From Gammaproteobacteria bacterium (GTDB lineage Bacteria > Pseudomonadota > Gammaproteobacteria > SG8-11): a stretch of 64,000 bases of DNA. The notes beneath the pieces are model-generated. The model did no database searches and was not told where the DNA came from. It worked only from the letters and a program-made list of their open reading frames with translations. Positions 9,736 through 19,419 of this stretch are shown one piece after another. The stretch lies in contig JAHECY010000005.1 in NCBI GenBank assembly GCA_024641505.1, forward strand, positions 11,502-75,501, written 5' to 3'. The translations under genes and the position numbers were made by a program. The first letter of the stretch is position 1. Each line of letters begins with the position of its first letter.

Positions 9736-9845
9736 TCTGTGTGTCTCCACAGCCCGTTTGGCCCCCCCGAACGGCGCTGTTCCCGGTCCCCTAAACCGGG
9801 TATTACTTCAACCCCCGGCTCACCCCTCTGGCCGGGGCTTTTTTA
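9736..9845 (+). ncRNA. Putative small RNA at the Spot42/ErsA syntenic position (polA-engB)
   Basis: About 110 nt between the sigmaE promoter and an intrinsic terminator; hairpins with C-rich loops; the 5' end is inferred. Confidence 0.6.
9811..9844 (+). terminator. Rho-independent terminator (sRNA/polA)
   Basis: CCCCGGC-11 nt loop-GCCGGGG followed by C and T6; the T tract overlaps the engB stop codon. Confidence 0.8.
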
Positions 9846-10439
9846 TGTTAACCACGACAACAGACGCGCCTCCAGGTCTTCGATGCCACTGTGGTCATGC
9901 GCGGAGAATAACTGCACGCTGGCATCCTGCCCAAGGGTCTTCAAGTGCTGCTGCGCTTTGAGCAGTGCGTTCTTGGCGCTGCCCCGGGTCAACTTGTCCG
10001 CCTTCGTCAGCAACACATGAACATCCAGCCGGTACTCGGCGCACCAGGCCAGCATCTGCTCATCGGAATCCTTGAAGGGGTGCCGTATGTCCATCACCAG
10101 CACCAAACCGCGCAGACTTTGCCGATGACTGAAGTAGTCCTCCAGCAGTCGATGCCACGCCAGTTTCTTCTGCGCAGATACTTTCGCGAAACCATATCCC
10201 GGTAAATCCACCAAACGTCGCCCGGATTGCCATTGGAAAAAATTCAAAAGTTGGGTGCGACCGGGTGTCTTGCTGGTCTTGGCCAATTTTTTATTGGCGG
10301 TCAATGTGTTGAGTGCACTGGATTTTCCTGCATTGGAGCGTCCGGCAAAAGCCACTTCAACACCCTCATCCCCTGGGGCCTGAAATAGTTGCGCGGCGCT
10401 CAGCATGAATTCCGTGGAATTAAATTTCCGAGAGCTCAC
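9843..10439 (-). CDS. engB: Ribosome biogenesis GTP-binding protein EngB/YihA
   Basis: [31 protein letters not shown] and TKADKL motifs. Confidence 0.98.
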   Translation of the reverse strand: MSSRKFNSTEFMLSAAQLFQAPGDEGVEVAFAGRSNAGKSSALNTLTANKKLAKTSKTPGRTQLLNFFQWQSGRRLVDLPGYGFAKVSAQKKLAWHRLLEDYFSHRQSLRGLVLVMDIRHPFKDSDEQMLAWCAEYRLDVHVLLTKADKLTRGSAKNALLKAQQHLKTLGQDASVQLFSAHDHSGIEDLEARLLSWLT

Positions 10440-10613
10440 GTATATTATTTCCTGTTAACCCGTTGCAAAGCATAGCGATCATGGTTACTGTTTAAGGCTC
10501 AATTAACAATCAACTAAAAATACCAAACAATTATAAGAGGGCGCTGTTTAAGCGCGTTTACTGATATACACGGTGAAAAACCGGTGATGTTTGATGTTTT
10601 CCAAGGCTAGCAC

Positions 10614-10946
10614 ATGAAAATTTTTTTTAATATCAATCTATTGATGTTGTTCTTGGGGCTCGGCCCAGTTCTCGCCCCCAACGCCTGGGCCGCAGGCGAC
10701 ATTGAAACAGGAAGAACCAAGGCCGTCGCCTGTCAAGTGTGTCACGGCAAGGGCGGCAAAAGCACCAACCCTCTCTATCCAGTGCTCGCCGGCCAGCATG
10801 CGCAGTACATCATCAAGCAACTACGGGCCTTTAATGCCGGCACCCGTAAAGATCCCATCATGAATGGCATGGCTGCGCCCTTGAGCGAACAGGACATGGA
10901 GGATCTGGCGGCATTCTTCCACAGCAACCAGGCGCCCCAGGAATAA
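10614..10946 (+). CDS. Monoheme cytochrome c (c4-like single domain, c553/c554)
   Basis: Signal peptide, AGDIETG, a single CQVCH, YPVLAGQHAQYIIKQLRAF and IMNGMA. Confidence 0.9.
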   Translation: MKIFFNINLLMLFLGLGPVLAPNAWAAGDIETGRTKAVACQVCHGKGGKSTNPLYPVLAGQHAQYIIKQLRAFNAGTRKDPIMNGMAAPLSEQDMEDLAAFFHSNQAPQE

Positions 10947-10949
10947 CCG

Positions 10950-11438
10950 TTACCGCTTGCCAGGCCCATAGAAATATTGGGAGTATGTGGCGACATCCAT
11001 CGTGACCCGACGAAACAGATGATCAAGACTGACGATCGCGTGTTCCAGGAGGTTTACCGCGATGAACGGATGCTCGATGCGCAAACGTTCATATTTTACC
11101 CGCGTCAGTTTAAGCAGCTGTGTGTTGTCGCGTGTGGCCCGCATTTGCACGGAGCGGGGTTTGCGATCAAAAAATGACATTTCGCCAATCAGCTCGCCCT
11201 CCTTCATGCGCCCGACTTCGGTCTCGGCGTCAGCGCCGCCGAATATCAGGACCGCTTCCCCGGTAATCACAAAATAAAGCGCCTCGCCCACATCACCGAC
11301 ATCCGCAATGATCTCCGATTTGCGGTAACTCACCAGTTCCGTGTAATCCAGCAATATCTGGACTTCTTTTACGGTTAATGCTTCACACAGGTATTGCTGA
11401 TTTAGAAAAGCTGCCAGGTCGATTTTTCCCGATGTCAT
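10950..11438 (-). CDS. Stand-alone cyclic nucleotide-binding domain protein
   Basis: GDVGEALYFVITG and GELIGEMSFFDRKPRSVQMRA phosphate-binding cassette; no HTH. Start moved to ATG 11438, which has an AGGAG RBS. Confidence 0.85.
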   Translation of the reverse strand: MTSGKIDLAAFLNQQYLCEALTVKEVQILLDYTELVSYRKSEIIADVGDVGEALYFVITGEAVLIFGGADAETEVGRMKEGELIGEMSFFDRKPRSVQMRATRDNTQLLKLTRVKYERLRIEHPFIAVNLLEHAIVSLDHLFRRVTMDVATYSQYFYGPGKR

Positions 11439-11718
11439 GCTACGGCTCCTGATTTCGACATGCGTCCACGATGCATGCACTGTTTCTCATTCATTGACGC
11501 GCTGCCCATTCCAGTTAAGGGTACACAGCCCCTGCGCAATCAACAAGAGCGCGGATAAATTTTCCGGCTTGCCATCTCCAGGGCTAACACGCTTTCGAAA
11601 ATGCCGTATCATAGGACAGATCCGAGTCGCGCAGGCAGCCCGGTTGATCGAAAAACAAGAGCCATACAGGATTGAGGTTTCATGGCATGCTGGTTATTTG
11701 CTAAATTGCCCTGCCAGG

Positions 11719-11745
11719 GAACAAAGCGACGACCGCAAACTCTAA
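11719..11745 (+). promoter_or_regulatory. Possible sigmaE promoter of dsbA
   Basis: GAACAA-N16-TCTAA, 55 nt upstream of dsbA; the -35 matches only 4 of 6 positions. Confidence 0.35.
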
Positions 11746-11800
11746 TTCCACCACTTTACTATGCATATACAAAAACTGGATCACTACTCCGGAGGAAGCA

Positions 11801-12433
11801 ATGATAAACAAAGCATCAATACTCGCTGTGCTCATGCTCAGCTCGACCCTGCTTTCCGTCAGCGTTGGAGCAGCCGACTATATTGAGGGGAAGCACTATG
11901 AAGTCATCTCTCCGGCTCAGCCGACCAGTACCGGAGCCAAGGTGGAGGTACTGGAATTGTTCTGGTATGGCTGCCCCCATTGTTTCAACTTTGAGCCCTA
12001 CATTGTCAGGTGGTTAAAAACCAAGTCGCCACAAATCGAATTTGTGCGGATGCCCGGAATTCTCCGACCCGAATGGGCATTGTACGCACGGGCATATTAC
12101 ACCGCTGAAGTCCTGGGTGTTCTGGACAAAATCCACGAACCGCTGTTTGAAGTCATTCACGAACTGCGTCAACCACCCAAGGATGAAGCGGCACTCAAAG
12201 GCTTTTTTAAGGAACATGGCGTATCTGAAGAGGACTTCACCAAGACCTTTCGTTCCTTCACGGTGGAGAGCAAAGTACGCAGAGCCCAGGACATGAGCCA
12301 ACGCTATGGTGCCAGCGGTGTTCCCACCATGATAATCAATGGCAAATATCGCACCAGCGGCTCATTGAGTGGCGGGCCCGCAGATGTATTGAAGGTCGTC
12401 GACTACCTGGCGCAAAAAGAGGAAAAAAAATAG
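11801..12433 (+). CDS. dsbA: Thiol:disulfide interchange protein DsbA
   Basis: Signal peptide, ELFWYGCPHC and cis-Pro GVPTMIINGKY. Confidence 0.97.
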   Translation: MINKASILAVLMLSSTLLSVSVGAADYIEGKHYEVISPAQPTSTGAKVEVLELFWYGCPHCFNFEPYIVRWLKTKSPQIEFVRMPGILRPEWALYARAYYTAEVLGVLDKIHEPLFEVIHELRQPPKDEAALKGFFKEHGVSEEDFTKTFRSFTVESKVRRAQDMSQRYGASGVPTMIINGKYRTSGSLSGGPADVLKVVDYLAQKEEKK

Positions 12434-12581
12434 TCCCGGTAACGCCCGGCGCAGCGGTTCGGAAGCCAATCCCACGCCGCTGATGCACCACGCCGGGCAT
12501 ACCTGTTTTGTCGTCTGACAGACATCGCGTCTGAATCGGCATTCGCTCTGGAGATGATACCCGTTATGACGAGCGTTACAC

Positions 12582-13382
12582 GTGTCCATCATTGAATCTC
12601 AAATTCAACCCCGCGCCAGTACCGACAGGATAGTGCGCTTGCTCTCCTATAATATACAGGTTGGTATTTCCTCAACCCGCTACCATCATTATCTGACGCA
12701 TAGCTGGAAACATGTCCTGCCCCATGCCCAGCTTTATGAAAATTTAAACCGTATTGCCCATCTGATTGCCAACTACGACATTGTCGCCTTGCAAGAGGTG
12801 GACGCGGGAAGCGTACGCAGCGGATTTATCAACCAGACCCAGTACCTGGCGGAGAAAGGCGGCTTTCCTCACTGGTATCACCAAGTGAACCGGAATCTGG
12901 GTCGTTTCGCCCAGCATAGCAATGGACTACTGAGCCATTTCAAACCCACGGAAATCGTCGATCACAAGCTGCCGGGCATCATTCCCGGGCGCGGCGCGAT
13001 GTGTGTCTACTTCGGCGCCCTGGACAATCCCCTGGTACTGGTCGTGATCCATCTCGCGCTGAGTAAGAAAGCCCGCTACCGGCAACTCACCTCGATCGGC
13101 GAAATTGTCCGTAAACATGAGCACGTGGTAGTAATGGGCGACTTGAACTGCCAGCCTAACAGTCAGGAAATGGCCATGCTGCTGTCCACCACCCACTTGT
13201 GCGAACCCACACACGGACTCAATACCTTTCCCAGTTGGCGGCCGCACCGAAAAATTGATCATATTCTGGTCTCACCCAGCCTGGAAGTGGCGGACATCCA
13301 CGTGCTCAATTATCCATTTTCAGATCATTTACCCATTGCCATGGATATCGTACTGCCGGAAAGTATCGACCTGCAGGCGTGA
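12582..13382 (+). CDS. Endonuclease/exonuclease/phosphatase family protein
   Basis: LSYNIQ, ALQEVD, GDLNC, IDHILVS and SDHLP motifs. Confidence 0.92.
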   Translation: MSIIESQIQPRASTDRIVRLLSYNIQVGISSTRYHHYLTHSWKHVLPHAQLYENLNRIAHLIANYDIVALQEVDAGSVRSGFINQTQYLAEKGGFPHWYHQVNRNLGRFAQHSNGLLSHFKPTEIVDHKLPGIIPGRGAMCVYFGALDNPLVLVVIHLALSKKARYRQLTSIGEIVRKHEHVVVMGDLNCQPNSQEMAMLLSTTHLCEPTHGLNTFPSWRPHRKIDHILVSPSLEVADIHVLNYPFSDHLPIAMDIVLPESIDLQA

Positions 13383-13406
13383 ACTGGCAGTAAGGGCGAC
13401 GCGACA

Positions 13407-13820
13407 TTGAACACTATGACGGCTTCCTCGACGACACCCACCGGTATTAGAATCGACAAATGGTTATGGGCGGCCAGATTTTTTAAAACCCGCTCGCTGG
13501 CTGCGCAAGCTATTCGCGGCGGCAAAGTTCACAGTAATGGCGCCCGCGTCAAAGCCAGTAAGGACGTGACTCCCGGCATGCTGCTGGAAATTAATACCGG
13601 CGTCGTTACCCGGATCGTGGTGGTTACCGGTGTCAGCGAAAAACGCGGTCCCGCGGCCAGCGCCCAGTGTTGGTACCAGGAAACTGAGGAAAGTCTGCTG
13701 CGTAACCAGCGATTGCGGGAACAACATACTCAGGCCGCCCTGGCCGCGGCAGGACCGGACAGCAAACCCACGAAACGGGATCGGCGCCGCATCGTACATT
13801 TCACACGTAAAGGAGAATGA
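13407..13820 (+). CDS. hslR: Ribosome-associated heat shock protein Hsp15 (S4 domain)
   Basis: RIDKWLWAARFFKTRSLA and KPTKRDRR. Confidence 0.95.
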   Translation: MNTMTASSTTPTGIRIDKWLWAARFFKTRSLAAQAIRGGKVHSNGARVKASKDVTPGMLLEINTGVVTRIVVVTGVSEKRGPAASAQCWYQETEESLLRNQRLREQHTQAALAAAGPDSKPTKRDRRRIVHFTRKGE

Positions 13821-14734
13821 ACATCGAAGACCAAACCACCACCCCGCAACCGATCAACGAACAGGGTAAACAACGCTTGCGCCTGTATGTTCGCTTGATG
13901 CGCCTTGACAAGCCGATCGGCATTTTCCTGCTGCTCTGGCCTACCCTGTGGGCATTGTGGATCGCCGCGCAAGGCGTACCCGATTTGTTGGTGTTATTCG
14001 TGTTCACTTTCGGCGTGATCCTGATGCGCTCCGCGGGTTGCGTCATCAACGACTACGCCGATCGGCATCTCGATCACCAGGTTGCCCGTACCCGACTGCG
14101 GCCGGTGACCACCGGCCAAGTCTCGGAAAAAGCGGCGCTCACCTTGTTCGTGATACTTTGCCTGAGTGCTTTTGGCCTGGTATTGCTGATGAATACGCTG
14201 ACCATCTACCTCTCGGTGGGCGGTGCATTGCTGGCAATCGTCTACCCGTATATGAAGCGTCATACTTATCTGCCACAGGTAGTATTAGGCGCCGCTTTTG
14301 GCTGGTCGGTACCCATGGCGTTTGCCGCGCAAAGCGGCGAGATTCCACCTACCGGCTGGTTGTTGTACGTGGCAACCATCGTCTGGGCTACCGCCTATGA
14401 CACCATGTACGCCATGATCGACCGCGAGGATGACCTCAAAGCCGGGATCAAATCCACGGCCATTCTCCTGGGAAATGCCGATCGCCTCGCGATCGGCATA
14501 TTGCAGATTACCCTGTTCGTCATTCTGGTGCTGGCGGGACAACGATTGCAGCTTAGCTGGTGGTATTTCGGCGCGCTGGGCTGCAGCGCATGCACCAGCT
14601 TGTACCAGCAGTATTTGCTGCGATCGAATGATACGACGCGTTATCATTTGGCCTTCCTTAATAACAACTGGACGGGCGCCCTGGTATTCATTGGCCTGTT
14701 GTTGCACTATGTCATGCAAAACTTAGGGAGCTGA
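13817..14734 (+). CDS. ubiA: 4-hydroxybenzoate octaprenyltransferase
   Basis: RLDKPIG, RSAGCVINDYADR and YDTMYAMIDREDD. Confidence 0.97.
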   Translation: MNIEDQTTTPQPINEQGKQRLRLYVRLMRLDKPIGIFLLLWPTLWALWIAAQGVPDLLVLFVFTFGVILMRSAGCVINDYADRHLDHQVARTRLRPVTTGQVSEKAALTLFVILCLSAFGLVLLMNTLTIYLSVGGALLAIVYPYMKRHTYLPQVVLGAAFGWSVPMAFAAQSGEIPPTGWLLYVATIVWATAYDTMYAMIDREDDLKAGIKSTAILLGNADRLAIGILQITLFVILVLAGQRLQLSWWYFGALGCSACTSLYQQYLLRSNDTTRYHLAFLNNNWTGALVFIGLLLHYVMQNLGS

Positions 14735-14814
14735 ATTTTTTAGCGCCGTGACCGCTTTGTCATCCGGCATCTCCCGAAACCAGGATTTCACGCTGACACC
14801 CAACGATAACCACC

Positions 14815-15786
14815 ATGCTACTGAGCTGGTTTGCACTTTTTTCCGGACTTGTCCTGCTGACCGCGGGCGCTAATCGTTTTGTCCTGGGCACCGCCGCTAC
14901 CGCCCGCAACTTGGGTGTATCACCCCTTATCATTGGCATGACCATCATGGGATTCGGCACATCAACGCCGGAAATGCTGGTCGCGGCCATGGCCGCGCTT
15001 GAAGGCAATCCCGGCCTGGCACTGGGGAACGCCATCGGTTCGAATATCACCAACATTTCCCTGGTCCTGGGGATGGCGGCCATGTTATCGCCCATGGTCG
15101 TGGATTCCAACACCTTGCGTCGGGAGTTTCCGTTATTGTTCGCCATTATGGCTGGCGTATTCGTCATGCTCTATGATGGCTACCTTAGTCTGTTGGAGTC
15201 CTGCGCTCTGCTGGTCGCCTTCGTCTGTCTGCTGCTGTGGATAGTATTCATGGGGGTAAGCGACCAGAAAAGCGATCCGTTGCCCGCGGAATATGCCGCG
15301 GAAATCCCGGTAGACATGGCCACCAGCAAAGCTTTGTTCTGGACCCTGGCCGGTCTGGTGGTGTTAGTGCTTGGCAGTCGATTGTTGATTTGGGGCGCGG
15401 TAAATATTGCCCATGCATGGGGTATCAGTGATCTGGTTATCGGTTTGACCATCGTCGCCGTCGGCACCAGTCTGCCGGAACTGGCGGCAACCGTAATGAG
15501 CGCCATGAAGCAGGAGCACGACTTGGCCCTGGGCAACGTGTTGGGGTCTAATATGTTCAATTTATTGGCAGTGCTGGGTATTCCCGGCGTAATTTCCCCT
15601 TTTACCGTGGACCGGGAGGTTATTTTTCGGGATTTTCCCATCATGCTGCTATTAACCGTCATGCTGTGGATTTTTTCCTATGGATTCCGCGGACCGGGCC
15701 GCATCAACCGGATCAAAGGCGGGTTATTTCTGGTATTATTCGCGGGTTACTTGATTCTTCTCTATGTGGTCACCATTGCAGACTGA
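14815..15786 (+). CDS. yrbG: Calcium/sodium antiporter (YrbG family)
   Basis: Two alpha repeats GTSTPE / GTSLPE with GNAIGSN / GNVLGSN; upstream of kdsD. Confidence 0.93.
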   Translation: MLLSWFALFSGLVLLTAGANRFVLGTAATARNLGVSPLIIGMTIMGFGTSTPEMLVAAMAALEGNPGLALGNAIGSNITNISLVLGMAAMLSPMVVDSNTLRREFPLLFAIMAGVFVMLYDGYLSLLESCALLVAFVCLLLWIVFMGVSDQKSDPLPAEYAAEIPVDMATSKALFWTLAGLVVLVLGSRLLIWGAVNIAHAWGISDLVIGLTIVAVGTSLPELAATVMSAMKQEHDLALGNVLGSNMFNLLAVLGIPGVISPFTVDREVIFRDFPIMLLLTVMLWIFSYGFRGPGRINRIKGGLFLVLFAGYLILLYVVTIAD

Positions 15787-15804
15787 CAGGACCTTTCAGA
15801 CACC

Positions 15805-16794
15805 ATGACCAATCACGACATCACCGATACCGGGCTGAAAAAATTGGGCCGGGCCGTTATTGAAATAGAAGCACGGGAGGTGGCCGACCTGGTACAGCGG
15901 GTGGACGATGCGTTCGTTGCCGCGTGCCGTTTGATGCTGTCCTGTCAGGGACGCATTGTGGTATTGGGCATGGGCAAGTCCGGCCACATCGGGGGCAAGT
16001 TGGCCGCCACCCTTGCCAGCACCGGATCCCCGGCGTTTTTCGTACATCCGGGAGAGGCGAGTCATGGCGACCTGGGCATGATCACCGCGCAGGATGTGGT
16101 CCTGGCGCTGTCGAATTCCGGCGAGACCCAGGAAATTCTGACGATTCTGCCGTTGATCAAACGCCTGCACGCACCGTTAATCGCCCTCACCGGGAATCCT
16201 AACTCCACCCTGGCCCACAATGCCGACGCGCATATCAATATTGCCGTCACCCAGGAAGCCTGCCCTCTGGGACTGGCCCCCACCTCCAGCACCACCGCCA
16301 CCCTGGTGATGGGTGATGCCTTGGCGGTTGCGCTGTTGGATGCAAGGGGTTTTACGCGGGAAGATTTTGCGTTATCGCATCCCGGCGGCAGCCTGGGTCG
16401 ACGTTTGTTATTGCATGTACGTGACATCATGCATACTGGCGAGAGGATTCCGCGCGTCGCGGAGCGTGCACCGGTGAGCGAAGCGTTACTGGAAATGTCG
16501 CGCAAGGGACTGGGCATGACCGCAGTGGTGGCAACCGATGACCGGTTATCGGGCGTATTCACTGACGGCGATCTACGACGCCTGTTCCAGGATAAGGCTG
16601 TCAACGTACACACCCTTACCGCTGGCACCGTCATGACCGCCAACTGTAAAACCGCGCAACCGCAAATGCTGGCGGCGGAAGCCCTGGAAATGATGGATCG
16701 CTATAAGATCAACGGACTGCTGGTAGTGGACACGGACAATAAATTGGTAGGAGCCCTGAACATGCATGATTTGTTGCGAGCGGGAGTAGTATAG
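15805..16794 (+). CDS. kdsD: Arabinose-5-phosphate isomerase (KpsF/GutQ, SIS plus CBS)
   Basis: GMGKSGHIG, HPGEASHGDLG, CPLGLAPTSST and HPGGSLG. Confidence 0.97.
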   Translation: MTNHDITDTGLKKLGRAVIEIEAREVADLVQRVDDAFVAACRLMLSCQGRIVVLGMGKSGHIGGKLAATLASTGSPAFFVHPGEASHGDLGMITAQDVVLALSNSGETQEILTILPLIKRLHAPLIALTGNPNSTLAHNADAHINIAVTQEACPLGLAPTSSTTATLVMGDALAVALLDARGFTREDFALSHPGGSLGRRLLLHVRDIMHTGERIPRVAERAPVSEALLEMSRKGLGMTAVVATDDRLSGVFTDGDLRRLFQDKAVNVHTLTAGTVMTANCKTAQPQMLAAEALEMMDRYKINGLLVVDTDNKLVGALNMHDLLRAGVV

Positions 16795-16796
16795 CC

Positions 16797-17342
16797 ATGC
16801 AGGATATCATCGAGCGAGCGGCGCGAATTCGCCTGGTAATTTTTGACGTTGACGGAGTATTAACCGACGGCAGCCTGTTCCTGGGCGATGGCGGTGAGGA
16901 ATACAAAGCCTTCCATTCACGGGACGGTCACGGCATGAAAATGCTGCGCGAGTGCGGCGTCGAGATCGGCATCATTACCGGGCGCTCTTCCGACGTGGTG
17001 CGTCACCGCATGGCCAGCCTGGGCATCGTCCACGTATATCAGGGACAACATGACAAGCGCGTGGCGTATGAAACGTTGAAAACCCAGTTGCACTTGACAG
17101 ATGAAGCCATCGCCTATGTCGGGGACGATGTCGTGGACCTGCCAGTGATGGGGCTGGTCGGCCTCGCGGTGGCGGTGCAAGATGCCCATGCGCTGGTGAA
17201 GAAACACGCCCATTGGCAAACACCCCATGGCGGCGGCAGGGGCGCGGCACGGGACATTTGCGAATTAATCATGGAGGCCCAGGGCAAGCTGGATGCCATG
17301 CTGCGTCAATATTTGACATGGGGGGCCGACCTGCCCGCGTAG
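16797..17342 (+). CDS. kdsC: KDO-8-phosphate phosphatase
   Basis: FDVDGVLTDG, YVGDDVVD and GGRGAARDICE. Confidence 0.96.
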   Translation: MQDIIERAARIRLVIFDVDGVLTDGSLFLGDGGEEYKAFHSRDGHGMKMLRECGVEIGIITGRSSDVVRHRMASLGIVHVYQGQHDKRVAYETLKTQLHLTDEAIAYVGDDVVDLPVMGLVGLAVAVQDAHALVKKHAHWQTPHGGGRGAARDICELIMEAQGKLDAMLRQYLTWGADLPA

Positions 17343-17381
17343 CACTATGCCTGACCGAATCCGAGGATAAACGAAAACGCC

Positions 17382-17957
17382 ATGTCATCCCTGTTCATGC
17401 ATCGGGTACTGCCGATTGCCTTGCTGCTATTGCTGGTATCTCTGACCTGGTGGATTCAGGTCAAGGTGGCGCCCGGCATCCGGCAAGTGGCGCAGTTGCA
17501 ACGTCACGACCCGGACTACATCATGGAGAATTTTGAGGCCACTACTATGAACACACAGGGTAATATGGAATACCGGGTGACTGCGCGCAAAATGTCTCAC
17601 TATCCTGACGACGACAGCACGGTTGTGGAGCATCCCTTGATCACGACTTATGTCGATAGCCTTGCCGCCTGGCAGGTACAGGCAGACCGCGGCGTGGCGC
17701 GCGCCCAGGACGAAGAAGTGTTACTGGCGGGCACCGTGGTTGCTAACCGGCTGGCAACGGCGGAACAAGGAGCCGTCAGCATCGCCACCAGCAATCTGAC
17801 CATCAAGCGCGCGCAGCAGATTGGTGAAACCGCGGATCCGGTGACTATCACCGAGACGCACGGCACCACCCGCGCCACGGGCATGCGGATTTTCCTGAAA
17901 GAAAAACGCCTGGAATTACTTTCTGAAGTGAGAGGTTCCTATGCCACGACCAACTGA
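17382..17957 (+). CDS. lptC: LPS export protein LptC
   Basis: Single N-terminal TM, PDYIMENF, beta-jellyroll pattern and synteny. Confidence 0.93.
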   Translation: MSSLFMHRVLPIALLLLLVSLTWWIQVKVAPGIRQVAQLQRHDPDYIMENFEATTMNTQGNMEYRVTARKMSHYPDDDSTVVEHPLITTYVDSLAAWQVQADRGVARAQDEEVLLAGTVVANRLATAEQGAVSIATSNLTIKRAQQIGETADPVTITETHGTTRATGMRIFLKEKRLELLSEVRGSYATTN

Positions 17958-18453
17958 CATTATCTATCTGGCAACACTGTTGATTGCTGTCAGCGGCACG
18001 GTATTCGCGCAACAAGATCCGCAGGAACGCATCGAGCTGGAGGCGGACCGGGTGGAGATCGACGAAAAGTCCGGCTTCAGCACCTACCTGGGCAATGTAA
18101 AAATGGCCAAAGGCGCTATCACCATCAACGCGGAAATGATGACCGTGTACAAGCAACAGGATAAGTTGCTGAAAATCGTGTTCCAGGGCAAGCCCGTAAG
18201 TTTCGTGCAACTCCCCGGACCGGACCGTAAAGCGGTCAAAGGCCAGGCGGACCTGATCGAATACAGCGCTGCCGAAAAAGTCGTCGTATTGTCGGAACAT
18301 GCCGAATTGTGGCAGGAACAGGATCGATTCAGCGGCAATATCATACGCTACAACATTGACCAGGAGCTGGTAAGCGCGCAGAAAAGCGAGACTGGACGTG
18401 ATCGGGTGAAGGTCATCATCCATCCCAAGACGGACAGCGAACCTTCCCAATAG
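17941..18453 (+). CDS. lptA: LPS transport periplasmic protein LptA
   Basis: Signal peptide, [22 protein letters not shown] and RVKVIIHP; synteny. Confidence 0.93.
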   Translation: MPRPTDIIYLATLLIAVSGTVFAQQDPQERIELEADRVEIDEKSGFSTYLGNVKMAKGAITINAEMMTVYKQQDKLLKIVFQGKPVSFVQLPGPDRKAVKGQADLIEYSAAEKVVVLSEHAELWQEQDRFSGNIIRYNIDQELVSAQKSETGRDRVKVIIHPKTDSEPSQ

Positions 18454-18461
18454 CGGCGACC

Positions 18462-19187
18462 ATGAGCATACTCAAAGCACAAGATCTGGCGAAGCAATTT
18501 TCGTCGCGCAAAGTCGTGAAATCCGTAACTGTTGAAGTTCACAGCGGGGAAGTCGTGGGCCTGCTCGGACCCAATGGTGCCGGCAAGACCACCTCGTTCT
18601 ATATGATTGTCGGCCTTATTCCCTGTGACCAGGGACGCATCCTTCTGGATGATCACGACATCACCCATTTTCCGCTCCATGCGCGGGCGCGCCTCGGTAT
18701 CGGCTACCTGCCCCAGGAGGCATCGGTATTCCGCAAACTGACCGTCGAGGAAAATATAATGGCCATCCTGGAAGTGCGCCCCGACCTGAGCCGGGCCGCA
18801 CGGCAACAGGCCCTGGACGATCTATTGCAGGAATTTCATATTCACCATATTCGTGATACCCGGGGCATGAGTCTGTCAGGGGGGGAACGGCGCCGGGTGG
18901 AAATCGCGCGAGCGCTGGCGGCGGAACCCAAATTCATTCTCCTGGATGAACCTTTCGCCGGCGTCGACCCCATATCCGTTATCGATATTCAGAAGATTAT
19001 CAAACACTTAACAGAGCGGAATATCGGCGTTCTGATTACCGACCACAATGTGCGCGAAACCCTGGGTATTTGCGATCGCGCCATCATCATTGTGGATGGT
19101 AGCGTCATTGTGACGGGCGCACCCGCGGATATCCTTAATAATGCGCAGGTTAAAGAAGTGTATCTCGGTCACGAATTTCGTCTCTGA
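18462..19187 (+). CDS. lptB: LPS export ABC ATPase LptB
   Basis: [28 protein letters not shown] and [11 protein letters not shown]. Confidence 0.98.
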   Translation: MSILKAQDLAKQFSSRKVVKSVTVEVHSGEVVGLLGPNGAGKTTSFYMIVGLIPCDQGRILLDDHDITHFPLHARARLGIGYLPQEASVFRKLTVEENIMAILEVRPDLSRAARQQALDDLLQEFHIHHIRDTRGMSLSGGERRRVEIARALAAEPKFILLDEPFAGVDPISVIDIQKIIKHLTERNIGVLITDHNVRETLGICDRAIIIVDGSVIVTGAPADILNNAQVKEVYLGHEFRL

Positions 19188-19419
19188 GATCTCGATTATT
19201 TTCGTCAGGGTGGGTGTTATATGGCTGATACCGGCCGCTACTTAAGGCAACAGGACCAGTTTCTGAACGGAAATTCCCGGACCGTAACAGCGCCTATCCG
19301 GCCGTGGCGAGCTTGCGTATGGTAGCGCGCCTGTCATTTGCCTGTAACGAGGCCGGAAATAAGGGTAAAATGGCTCCAGTTCGAGCCGCCAAGCCTTGGC
19401 GCGGAAACAATTAATTTTT

